A stretch of 64,000 bases of DNA from an uncultured Rhodobacteraceae bacterium (GTDB lineage: Bacteria > Pseudomonadota > Alphaproteobacteria > Rhodobacterales > Rhodobacteraceae): assembly GCA_913061275.1 (NCBI GenBank), contig CAJXSR010000007.1, forward strand, positions 29,410 through 93,409. Reading direction: 5' to 3'. The stretch's first letter is position 1. Every line of letters begins with the position of its first letter. This document shows positions 19,624-27,456 of the stretch, one piece after another. A model generated the notes under the pieces. The model made no database searches. It saw nothing but the letters and a program-made list of their open reading frames with translations, and was not told the origin of the DNA. A program made the translations under genes and the position numbers.

Positions 19624-20792
19624 GCCAAAGCCCGTTTGATGAAGATATAGACCGACGGCAGGTTCCCGCCCTGAAAACCCATAAGATGGTGTTGGGGGAT
19701 GATGGCCAAAACCTATTTGCCGCAGGCGTGGCAGACATGGATTTCAAAGTTGCCCCTGCGATATTCGCCGCCATGCAAACCCGCCTAAACCATGGGGTTT
19801 TCGGGTATGAGGCTGTGCCAGACACTCTATACCCTGCGTTAATCAACTGGCTTGCAACCCGTCACAACTGGCATATCGAGCAAGCCGATATTCTGCGTGC
19901 ACCCAACATATTAAACAGCCTTGCAATCGCGGCATCCATGTTCACCGATGCAGGTGACGGCATCATCGTGCAACCCCCTGTGTTCTTTGATTTCTTTGAT
20001 ATTCTGCGTGAAAATAACCGCCGCATCATCCCCAACCCGCTTATTCTAACAGATGGCCGCTACACAATGGATTTCGACGGTCTGGAACAGCTTGCCTCTG
20101 ATCCGCAAACCAAAATGATCTACCTGTGCAACCCGCATAATCCTGTCGGGCGGGTGTGGGGCGCGGATGAATTGCGCAAACTGGGTGGCATATGTGTAAA
20201 ACATAACGTACTGGTTGTAGCGGATGAAATACACGGCGACATCACCTTTAGGGATTATAAATACACACCATTTGCGTCCCTTGGGGCTAACTATGCCAAC
20301 AACAGCATCACCTGTTTGTCACCCGCAAAAAGCTTTAACATTGCATCTTGTTGCACATCTTTCACCGTTATTTCCAACCCAGATTTGCGCAAGGCTTTCC
20401 AAACCGAAAATAGCCGCCTAACCGTAAACAAAAACAACGCATTTGCCAGCGCCGCAATGCAAGCCGCCTATAGCGAAGGTGAGCCGTGGTTGCATGATGT
20501 TCTGACCTATCTGGAAACCAACTTATCACTGGTACGCACCTATATTGCAAAGATACCAGACGTTAAATTAATCGAACCAGAGGGTACATTTTTGGTCTGG
20601 TTAGACTTTCGCGAACTCGGCCTTACACCTGACGCGCTAACTACATTCCTGCGCCAAAAAGCAGGCTGGGCAACAACACGCGGACAAAGCTTTGGCGTTG
20701 AGGGCGAAGGCTTTACCCGCCTGAACATCGCCTGCACATCAGATAATTTGGAAAATGCCCTGAAAGCCCTGCTTGCTGTGACAGAAACGTGA
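19620..20792 (+). CDS. PatB/MalY-type PLP-dependent C-S lyase / aminotransferase class I-II
   Basis: LCNPHNPVGRVW, VVADEIHGD and PLP-lysine SPAKSFN. ATGA overlap with the MIP gene. The track ORF starts at 19605. Confidence 0.85.
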   Translation: MSQSPFDEDIDRRQVPALKTHKMVLGDDGQNLFAAGVADMDFKVAPAIFAAMQTRLNHGVFGYEAVPDTLYPALINWLATRHNWHIEQADILRAPNILNSLAIAASMFTDAGDGIIVQPPVFFDFFDILRENNRRIIPNPLILTDGRYTMDFDGLEQLASDPQTKMIYLCNPHNPVGRVWGADELRKLGGICVKHNVLVVADEIHGDITFRDYKYTPFASLGANYANNSITCLSPAKSFNIASCCTSFTVISNPDLRKAFQTENSRLTVNKNNAFASAAMQAAYSEGEPWLHDVLTYLETNLSLVRTYIAKIPDVKLIEPEGTFLVWLDFRELGLTPDALTTFLRQKAGWATTRGQSFGVEGEGFTRLNIACTSDNLENALKALLAVTET

Positions 20793-20853
20793 TTTAACAA
20801 ACCTGTGACAACAGACCCATTGCCCTGCCCTGAAAAACATATAAAAAGCGGGC

Positions 20854-21582
20854 ATGTCTTTATGGGAATACGCAAATCCGGTTAAATTTATGCGGCTTTC
20901 GGGCCGGCTGTTGCCGTTTCTGTTAGGTCTAACTGGCCTATGTTTGGGCGCAGGTATTTTATGGGGTTTTTTTGGCACCCCTGACGATTATAAACAAGGC
21001 TCTACCGTCAAGATTATCTTTATCCACGTACCAGCGGCAACTGTGGCCGTCAGCGCATGGTTTATGATGCTTGTCACCAGCCTAGTCTGGTTGATCCGAC
21101 GCCATCATGTTTCTGCCTTAGCCGCCAAAGCCGCCGCCCCCATTGGAATGACAATGACCTTGATCGCTCTTGGAACTGGGGCCATTTGGGGCAAGCCTAT
21201 GTGGGGAACGTATTGGGCATGGGACCCGCGTTTGACCAGTTTTTTAATCCTGTTCGTGTTTTACCTAGGGTACATCGCGTTATGGAATGCCATCGAAGAC
21301 AGTGATACCGCTGCTGATTTGACATCAATCCTATGTATGGTTGGCTCTGTTTTTGCGTTTATGTCACGCTATGCGGTCAACTTTTGGAACCAAGGCCTGC
21401 ACCAAAGCGCCTCTATTGCAGTAACTGAAAAGCAGCATGTGGACAGCAGCTATATTTATCCGCTGTTTTTGTGCTTTGCGGGTTTTTTCCTTTTGTTTGT
21501 CACTTTGGTTTTAATTCGCACCCGCACTGAAATTCGGCTGCGCCGCGCCGCCGCCCTGCAAGCAAGGAATACCAATGCCTGA
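20854..21582 (+). CDS. ccmC: Heme exporter protein CcmC
   Basis: WWD-type motif WGTYWAWDPRLTS. Confidence 0.94.
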   Translation: MSLWEYANPVKFMRLSGRLLPFLLGLTGLCLGAGILWGFFGTPDDYKQGSTVKIIFIHVPAATVAVSAWFMMLVTSLVWLIRRHHVSALAAKAAAPIGMTMTLIALGTGAIWGKPMWGTYWAWDPRLTSFLILFVFYLGYIALWNAIEDSDTAADLTSILCMVGSVFAFMSRYAVNFWNQGLHQSASIAVTEKQHVDSSYIYPLFLCFAGFFLLFVTLVLIRTRTEIRLRRAAALQARNTNA

Positions 21583-21721
21583 TTTGGGAAAATATGCGGA
21601 TACGGTCATACTGGCCTATATTATGTCCTTCACATTCCTGATTGGTCTGGCGGTTATTACATGGGCGCAAAGCCGCCGTGCAAAGCGACTTTTAGATGCA
21701 GAGGAAGCAAACCGTGGCTAA
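21575..21721 (+). CDS. ccmD: Heme exporter protein CcmD (48 aa, below the ORF-track cutoff)
   Basis: Own translation: MPDLGKYADTVILAYIMSFTFLIGLAVITWAQSRRAKRLLDAEEANRG. Single TM, ATGCCTGA overlap with ccmC, canonical position. Confidence 0.85.
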   Translation: MPDLGKYADTVILAYIMSFTFLIGLAVITWAQSRRAKRLLDAEEANRG

Positions 21722-22259
21722 TAAAACCTCACGCTCTAGAATTTCACCTTGGGTAGCAGCCCCACCGCTGATCTTTATCGCCTTAGCGGCAGTGTTTGCC
21801 TTCGGTTTGAACCGTGAAGATGCGGATAACCTGCCCAGTACTATGATCGGGCGCGACGCACCCCTTTTGACCACCACACCATTAGGCGACCTGCCAGAAT
21901 TAACCGCAGCTGACCTGAAGAAAGATGGAATTAAACTGGTAAATTTTTGGGCCAGTTGGTGCGGGCCATGCCGCGTAGAACACCCAACCCTGCAAGCCTT
22001 GGCTGATGAGGGGCTGGTAATTCACGGTATTAATTATAAAGATCAAGTTGGTAACGCGACAGGGTTCCTTAAGGAACTAGGCAATCCCTATACAAAAGTA
22101 GCCAAAGACGAAGGTCGCACAGGGCTGGACTGGGGGCTATACGGCGTGCCAGAAACCTTCATAATTGACGGAAACGGCAAAGTATTGCTGCGCCACGCAG
22201 GGCCGATTACACAGCGGGTTTTAGATAAAACGATACGGCCAATACTAAAGGGGCAGTAA
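21696..22259 (+). CDS. ccmG: Thiol:disulfide interchange protein CcmG/DsbE
   Basis: Thioredoxin motif WASWCGPCRVEHP and a membrane anchor. An alternative GTG start at 21714 overlaps the ccmD stop. Confidence 0.92.
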   Translation: MQRKQTVANKTSRSRISPWVAAPPLIFIALAAVFAFGLNREDADNLPSTMIGRDAPLLTTTPLGDLPELTAADLKKDGIKLVNFWASWCGPCRVEHPTLQALADEGLVIHGINYKDQVGNATGFLKELGNPYTKVAKDEGRTGLDWGLYGVPETFIIDGNGKVLLRHAGPITQRVLDKTIRPILKGQ

Positions 22260-22294
22260 GATGCGTGCAAAACACGCACCCTACCTTGATTTAT

Positions 22295-22861
22295 TTATTG
22301 CCGAATACCTTCAGCGATAATGCTCAATGCGACTTGCGCATCACCAATCACACCGCCCATATCGTAATCACTTAAATTAATCATTGTTGTCGCGCTAAAC
22401 CCAGCGCGATAACCGCCCCATGGATCTTTGCCTTCACCAATGAATACCGTATCAAGGGCGATGGACTTTGTGATGCCACTGATAGTCAGGTCACCCGTGA
22501 TAACAGCTGTTTTGCCACCCGTTTTTTGGATAGCTGTACTGACGAAACTGGCTGTAGGATTGTTTGAAGCATCAAAAAAATCTGCACTGCGCAAGTGATT
22601 ATCACGCGCACCGTGGTTAGAGTTTACAGAATCCATCGCTATTTCAACTGTCACAGAACCCGTCTCTGGCTTATCTGCGTCGAATTCAAAATTCCCGTTG
22701 AAGCTATCAAAACGTCCAATAACAAAGGAGTACCCCAAATGGCTTACTTTGAAATTGATCGAGGCATGTGCCCCTTCGGTGTCAATCTTATAGCTTTCCG
22801 AAAATGCGCTGGTGCCAAGTGTCATGGCCAAAGCCGTTGTAAGTAGTAGTTTATTAAACAT
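22295..22861 (-). CDS. YceI-family periplasmic polyisoprenoid-binding protein
   Basis: Signal peptide plus SHLGYS...GRF...HGARDNHLRSADFFD motifs. Confidence 0.88.
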   Translation of the reverse strand: MFNKLLLTTALAMTLGTSAFSESYKIDTEGAHASINFKVSHLGYSFVIGRFDSFNGNFEFDADKPETGSVTVEIAMDSVNSNHGARDNHLRSADFFDASNNPTASFVSTAIQKTGGKTAVITGDLTISGITKSIALDTVFIGEGKDPWGGYRAGFSATTMINLSDYDMGGVIGDAQVALSIIAEGIRQ

Positions 22862-22892
22862 GTGTTTTTCCTAGAGTTTAGATTTAAGGTGG

Positions 22893-23441
22893 TTATTTTA
22901 TCGGGCCTTTGGTCATGCTGACCAAAACCCTATCGCGTTTGATAAAGTGATGCCAAAGGGCAGCACCTGCGTGTAGTGCCGCTAAAGCGATCAATAGATA
23001 GGCCAGCATCCAGTGCAGTTTACCCGCAAGCTTTTCCAGCCCTTTTTCCGTGTGTATTGATGGGATGTCGAACAGGCTAAAATAATGTATGGCCCGACCA
23101 TCCAGTGTTGAAATGAAATACCCAACCACCATTATCGCGAGCAAAAGTGCGTAAAAACCCCAATGCAACAGGGATGAGCCATGGCTTTCTATCGGGGTTA
23201 GTTCCGCATGATGCGGGGTGGGATTAGCGAGTTTCCAGATAAAGCGAAACACCAACAAGGCAAACAAAGTCAAACCAATGCTTTGGTGCAATTCAGGGGC
23301 AGTTTTGTAATACGGGCTGTAATAAGTCAGCGTGCGCATCCAGTACCCCAAGCCAAACAAGCCAAAGATAGCTATAGCCATCAGCCAATGCAAAAGGCGT
23401 GCAATCAGTCCGTAGCCAGTTTTTGTGTTGCGATATACCAT
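22893..23441 (-). CDS. Cytochrome b561 family protein
   Basis: 4-TM protein with conserved His (RLLHWLMA..., LHWMLAYL...LHAGAALWHH). Usual partner of YceI. Confidence 0.88.
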   Translation of the reverse strand: MVYRNTKTGYGLIARLLHWLMAIAIFGLFGLGYWMRTLTYYSPYYKTAPELHQSIGLTLFALLVFRFIWKLANPTPHHAELTPIESHGSSLLHWGFYALLLAIMVVGYFISTLDGRAIHYFSLFDIPSIHTEKGLEKLAGKLHWMLAYLLIALAALHAGAALWHHFIKRDRVLVSMTKGPIK

Positions 23442-23539
23442 AGTTATGTGCCCTTCGAATAAACCTATCGTACAGGTTTCTAGGTATCAAAGGGAAGCTA
23501 ATGGAATCACAAATCTGTGTTGTGTATTTTGGAACAATC

Positions 23540-23571
23540 AAAAAATGGGGCAAGTTTTCACCTGCCCCATT
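23540..23571 (-). terminator. Rho-independent terminator after the outer-membrane protein gene
   Basis: Minus strand ATGGGGCA-ggtgaaaact-TGCCCCAT followed by TTTTTT, 6 nt after the stop. Confidence 0.8.
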
Positions 23572-23576
23572 TTACC

Positions 23577-24716
23577 TTAAAATGCTTTTTGCCAGCCCAG
23601 ATTAAAGATATAATCCGTTTCCAGTTGCGGCCCATTGGTGCTTTGATAGATCGGCATGCCAATTTCCATTGCAAGTCTGTGGCCGCGCCACATCCCTTTT
23701 TGCCCGGCAAGGTTCACGCCGAACATCACATCAATACGCTGCCCACCATAGTTGGCATTATCAGCGGTCTGAACAGGGGCTACAATGTTAGGGTCGATGC
23801 CTTCGATCGCATCCTGTGTAATAGCATCCACACGTAGTGATGTGCTGATCCAAGGTTGCCACTGACGTGCAACCCATGCAGTCACTGCGTGTTTATCACC
23901 CAAAGAATAGCCTTCGCTATTTGTGTTTTCCAGACGCATTTCAGCGCGGTATTGTGCCCCCCATGACCAATCATCTGCGCGTGCGGTATAGGTAAGACCT
24001 GGCAACAGATCGACAGTTCCCGTGCCTAATTGCATCGCATAAGGCAAACGCGGGGTTGGTGTCATACCATTTGGGGCCAAAATCTTACCGGTTTTATCAA
24101 TCGCACCCGTAGGCAGGCTAAAGCCAAGGTTCATATGCACATGGTGGGTTTCATCATCGTAAAGCCGATAAAGCCCGCTGACCTTTACGTCACCAAATCC
24201 TGATGCCTTGGTGGTAAAACCACCCAGAACAGTCGTACCCGCACCCCCTGCAAATGTAATGTGATCCATGCTTTTATCCAAATAGTTGACCATCGCCATA
24301 AGGGTCAGGTTATCGTTAGGTGCATACATCGCACCAAACATATGCATATCCATTGTCATTTTTGTTGGCACAACCCGCAAAGTGGGGGGTTGGCCTGGCG
24401 CACCAAAAAACCGGTTTGGTACTGTTGTTGCAATACTTGTCGGCGAGGCCGAGTTCGTACCAATGCGATTGCCTTCCATCCCCATTTGCATATAGCGATA
24501 GGACAGCATCCATTCGCCTTTTTTATGCATATGTTCCCCCATCACGCCAATAGGCGCATGGCCGTCGGCCCGCACGATATTACCGAATTGTAATCCAGTA
24601 TGCGCAATGCCACCATCGGCATATGCTTGGGGTGCTGTTAGCGCACAGAGTGCCGCCATCGTTATGGTAATTAAGGGTTTTGATCCCATAGTTTTTGGTA
24701 TAAGTATATCGTTCAT
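23577..24716 (-). CDS. Outer-membrane beta-barrel 'transporter' (MetA-pathway/phenol-degradation-like family)
   Basis: Signal peptide, His/Met-rich N-terminal segment (GEHMHKKGEWMLSYRYMQMGMEG), alternating beta-strand pattern, C-terminal F. Confidence 0.7.
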   Translation of the reverse strand: MNDILIPKTMGSKPLITITMAALCALTAPQAYADGGIAHTGLQFGNIVRADGHAPIGVMGEHMHKKGEWMLSYRYMQMGMEGNRIGTNSASPTSIATTVPNRFFGAPGQPPTLRVVPTKMTMDMHMFGAMYAPNDNLTLMAMVNYLDKSMDHITFAGGAGTTVLGGFTTKASGFGDVKVSGLYRLYDDETHHVHMNLGFSLPTGAIDKTGKILAPNGMTPTPRLPYAMQLGTGTVDLLPGLTYTARADDWSWGAQYRAEMRLENTNSEGYSLGDKHAVTAWVARQWQPWISTSLRVDAITQDAIEGIDPNIVAPVQTADNANYGGQRIDVMFGVNLAGQKGMWRGHRLAMEIGMPIYQSTNGPQLETDYIFNLGWQKAF

Positions 24717-24804
24717 TTTAGCTATAAGCCACTGAATAAGAGCAAATTAATGCAAATGGTATGACGCAGAATGCGCCCCATAAGCAGTGTGTATTTTTCA
24801 GTAT

Positions 24805-25212
24805 TCAGGCTTGAAATGGGGGATCTAGACAATGCAGATTGTCTGGGCTTTGATCTAGCTTTTGAAGTGTAATCGGGGATGGCTCAAACAGGTCTTGACC
24901 CGTTGGAGCGAAGACAAACCCAGTATCATCTGGTAACACCAGTACAAAGTTCGCCGAAGCCAGACAAAATGGACAAGAAACGCCCAGCATCGGCATTTCT
25001 TCTTCATAAGGCACGCCGTTTTCATTAAGAGTTATAAGGCGCGTCCCATTTCCTGTACAAAGCACAACCCTTTGAAAACCAGATTTGTCTGCCAGTGTAT
25101 TCACAGCCATAGCGGGCCCGTGCATAGACATCACGAACCCCTGAACGATAAAACAAATCGTCAAAATGAGATGTGTTACACGCGCTTTGTTTATGATGCT
25201 AAATAACCCCAT
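24805..25212 (-). CDS. DUF2946-like small Cys-containing membrane/periplasmic protein
   Basis: N-terminal TM, VVLCTGNG and CPFC motifs. Often found next to the above OMP type (from memory). Confidence 0.5.
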   Translation of the reverse strand: MGLFSIINKARVTHLILTICFIVQGFVMSMHGPAMAVNTLADKSGFQRVVLCTGNGTRLITLNENGVPYEEEMPMLGVSCPFCLASANFVLVLPDDTGFVFAPTGQDLFEPSPITLQKLDQSPDNLHCLDPPFQA

Positions 25213-25270
25213 GTAAGATATTTAAAACAAATGATGCAAACAGGCTAACTGCTGAATTGTCGCAGAAGTT

Positions 25271-25702
25271 TTACAAACCCGCATATACTGCCAAAGTTTG
25301 TTTAACCGCCCCAGCTGCCTCTTGCCCTTTTTTCACAAAATGATCTGTGAAAAACGCAATCAGGTCAGGGGTTTCCTGAAAGTTATGCGGGGTTAAGGAT
25401 ACCGAAAACATTGGCACGCCAGTTTCCATCTGGCCTTGCATGAGTGCGTCAACAACAGCGGCCGACACAAATTCGTGGTGATAAATGCCGCCATCCACCA
25501 CCAATGCGGCTGCAACGATGGCGTCGTATTTACCTGTTTGGGCCAGCTTTTTAGCCAGAAGTGGCATCTCAAATGCGCCAGGCACATTATATACATCCAC
25601 GTTGGCATCCTCAATTTCCTGTTCAAATCCAACAAGCGATTGATCTACTATTTGCGCATGCCACTGCGCTTTGATAAAGGCGATATTTACGGGTTTTGTC
25701 AT
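25271..25702 (-). CDS. ribH: 6,7-dimethyl-8-ribityllumazine synthase, RibH2 (type II) class
   Basis: IAFIKAQWHAQIVD...VPGAFEMPLLAKKLAQTGKYDAIVAAALVVDGGIYHHEFV closely resembles Brucella-type RibH2. The track ORF starts at 25729; ATG 25702 is preferred. Confidence 0.9.
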   Translation of the reverse strand: MTKPVNIAFIKAQWHAQIVDQSLVGFEQEIEDANVDVYNVPGAFEMPLLAKKLAQTGKYDAIVAAALVVDGGIYHHEFVSAAVVDALMQGQMETGVPMFSVSLTPHNFQETPDLIAFFTDHFVKKGQEAAGAVKQTLAVYAGL

Positions 25703-25772
25703 AGCTCTAAGTCCTTTCTGCTTCAACAAGACCCAGAGCGTTCAGACACATACACGAAAACCGCGCACGCAT

Positions 25773-25907
25773 CCATTCTCTACCATCCAGACTATAACTG
25801 TCGGCCCCCGAATTTCACGGGTGTCTGCTGACCCAAGGTTTTAAAAAAACCAAAGCGCTCGCGGGCTATCACCGCCGGTGGGGAATTACACCCCGCCCTG
25901 AGAATGG
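25773..25907 (-). promoter_or_regulatory. FMN riboswitch (RFN element) in the ribH2 leader
   Basis: Minus strand reads CCATTCTCAGGGCGGGGTGTAATTCCCCACCGGCGGTGATAGCCCGCGAGCG...CAGCAGACACCCGTGAAATTCGGGGGCCGACAGTTATAGTCTGGATGGTAGAGAATGG. This matches the conserved RFN cores and the closing helix. Confidence 0.92.
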
Positions 25908-25986
25908 TATCAAACTAAGGGATTCGGTGATTGTTGGAAAGCTGAAACACGACTAAACTTGCCTAAATTAAGACGAGAATCAAACC

Positions 25987-27027
25987 ATGAGCGAAACCAT
26001 CACCATCACCCGCCCCGACGATTGGCATTTGCATCTGCGCGATGATGATATGCTGCGGGCAGTTTTACCAGAAACCACACGGCATTTTGGCCGTGCTATC
26101 ATAATGCCCAATCTGGTGCCCCCTGTTGTGACGGCAGAAAATGCCATTGCATATCGTGACCGCATATTAGCATCATTACCAGAAGGTGATGATTTTCAAC
26201 CGCTTATGACGCTATACTTAACCGATCATACCGACAAAGAGGATCTGGCAGCAGCCCATGCAAGCGGATTGATTACCGCCGTTAAACTGTACCCCGCAGG
26301 GGCCACAACCAATTCGGCATCGGGTGTTACTGACATCAAACTTGTCATGCCTGTTTTGGAAAAAATGGCCGAAATCGGATGCCCTTTATGTATCCACGGC
26401 GAAGTTACGGGAACGGATATTGATATTTTTGACCGAGAGGCTGTATTTATTGATACCGTGCTTGACCCGCTACGCCGCGCGTTGCCTGAGCTAAAGATCA
26501 TCTCGGAACATATCACCACCAAAAATGGTGTGGATTATGTGATGTCTGCAAACAGTAATCTGGCTGCAACAATCACCACGCACCACCTAATTATTAACCG
26601 CAACCATCTGTTTGCAGGGGGCATTCGCCCGCATTATTTCTGCCTACCAATTGCCAAACGCGAACATCACCGTCTTGCGTTGCGACAAGCAGCTACATCG
26701 GGCGATGCAAGGTTCTTTTTGGGGACAGACAGCGCCCCGCATACCAATCCAAATAAAGAAAGCGCTTGCGGTTGTGCGGGCGTGTTTTCCGCAACCAATA
26801 CAATGTCATGTCTCGCCCATGTGTTTGAAGACGACGGGGCATTAAATCAGCTAGAACGGTTTACCTCCCTTAATGGCCCTGCCTATTACGGGCTTGCACC
26901 CAACAAAGCTAGGTTAACACTGGTGAAATCAGCTATACCAATGGATTATCCAACACATATAAAAACCGCAAATAGCGAAGTGACGGTTTTTGATCCGGGG
27001 TTTCCACTACATTGGCGTGTTGTTTAA
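25987..27027 (+). CDS. pyrC: Dihydroorotase (homodimeric type)
   Basis: [11 protein letters not shown] metal-binding motif; 346 aa. Confidence 0.94.
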   Translation: MSETITITRPDDWHLHLRDDDMLRAVLPETTRHFGRAIIMPNLVPPVVTAENAIAYRDRILASLPEGDDFQPLMTLYLTDHTDKEDLAAAHASGLITAVKLYPAGATTNSASGVTDIKLVMPVLEKMAEIGCPLCIHGEVTGTDIDIFDREAVFIDTVLDPLRRALPELKIISEHITTKNGVDYVMSANSNLAATITTHHLIINRNHLFAGGIRPHYFCLPIAKREHHRLALRQAATSGDARFFLGTDSAPHTNPNKESACGCAGVFSATNTMSCLAHVFEDDGALNQLERFTSLNGPAYYGLAPNKARLTLVKSAIPMDYPTHIKTANSEVTVFDPGFPLHWRVV

Positions 27028-27054
27028 AAAAAACCCGACTGCATTGCAGCCGGG
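27026..27054 (-). terminator. Hairpin with an 8-U tract on the minus strand (A8 on plus), immediately after the pyrC stop
   Basis: Plus strand AAAAAAAA-CCCGACTGCA-t-TGCAGCCGGG-taagttt. The U-tract is strong only for a minus-strand transcript. Confidence 0.6.
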
Positions 27055-27262
27055 TAAGTTTCACCTGAAACTACGGTCTGGACCTTGGAGGGATCTGAAA
27101 CCGTGAGGCAGTGAAAAACAGCGATCTGTTACACCAAGATGTCAGAATATTTTAGCAAGCTGCGAAAGAGACCATCTAAATGATGTCTGATGCTGAATGC
27201 CAAAGTTTCCCGAATCGTTGCCTTATAAGTTTTTTCTAGCACAAATAGTGGTCATATCAAAC

Positions 27263-27286
27263 TTATCCACAGTATTTTGTGGATAA
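27263..27286. promoter_or_regulatory. Two perfect DnaA boxes in inverted orientation (TTATCCACA-N6-TGTGGATAA)
   Basis: Exact 9-mers at 27263-27271 and 27278-27286. Confidence 0.75.
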
Positions 27287-27371
27287 TTCTAGGCAGTGTG
27301 CTACTGTAAACGCATATAAATCCATACGTACAAACCAAAATCTGCGCTGTGGTTTCAGCTGGTTTAAAAAT

Positions 27372-27391
27372 ATATCCACAGGTTACCCACA
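27372..27391. promoter_or_regulatory. Two one-mismatch DnaA boxes in tandem (ATATCCACA gg TTACCCACA)
   Basis: 27372-27380 and 27383-27391, about 70 nt upstream of the dnaB ATG. Confidence 0.55.
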
Positions 27392-27456
27392 GGATTTCCA
27401 GATTGCGCCAGCAGGCTTATTCAACGTATAAAAACCCATCAGGGGACAAAAGCAGC

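Noticed and set aside
27349-27456. Longer dnaB ORF in the track starting at 27349
   Set aside because: The extra 36 aa (MVSAGLKIYPQVTHRISRLRQQAYSTYKNPSGDKSS) has no DnaB-like character and would bury two DnaA boxes in coding sequence. ATG 27457 has an AGGGGA SD at correct spacing.
27028-27456. Calling the DnaA-box region the chromosomal origin (oriC)
   Set aside because: There are only four boxes. I could identify no clear 13-mer-type AT-rich unwinding repeats or CtrA sites, and I cannot compute GC skew here. It is reported only as a DnaA-box cluster.
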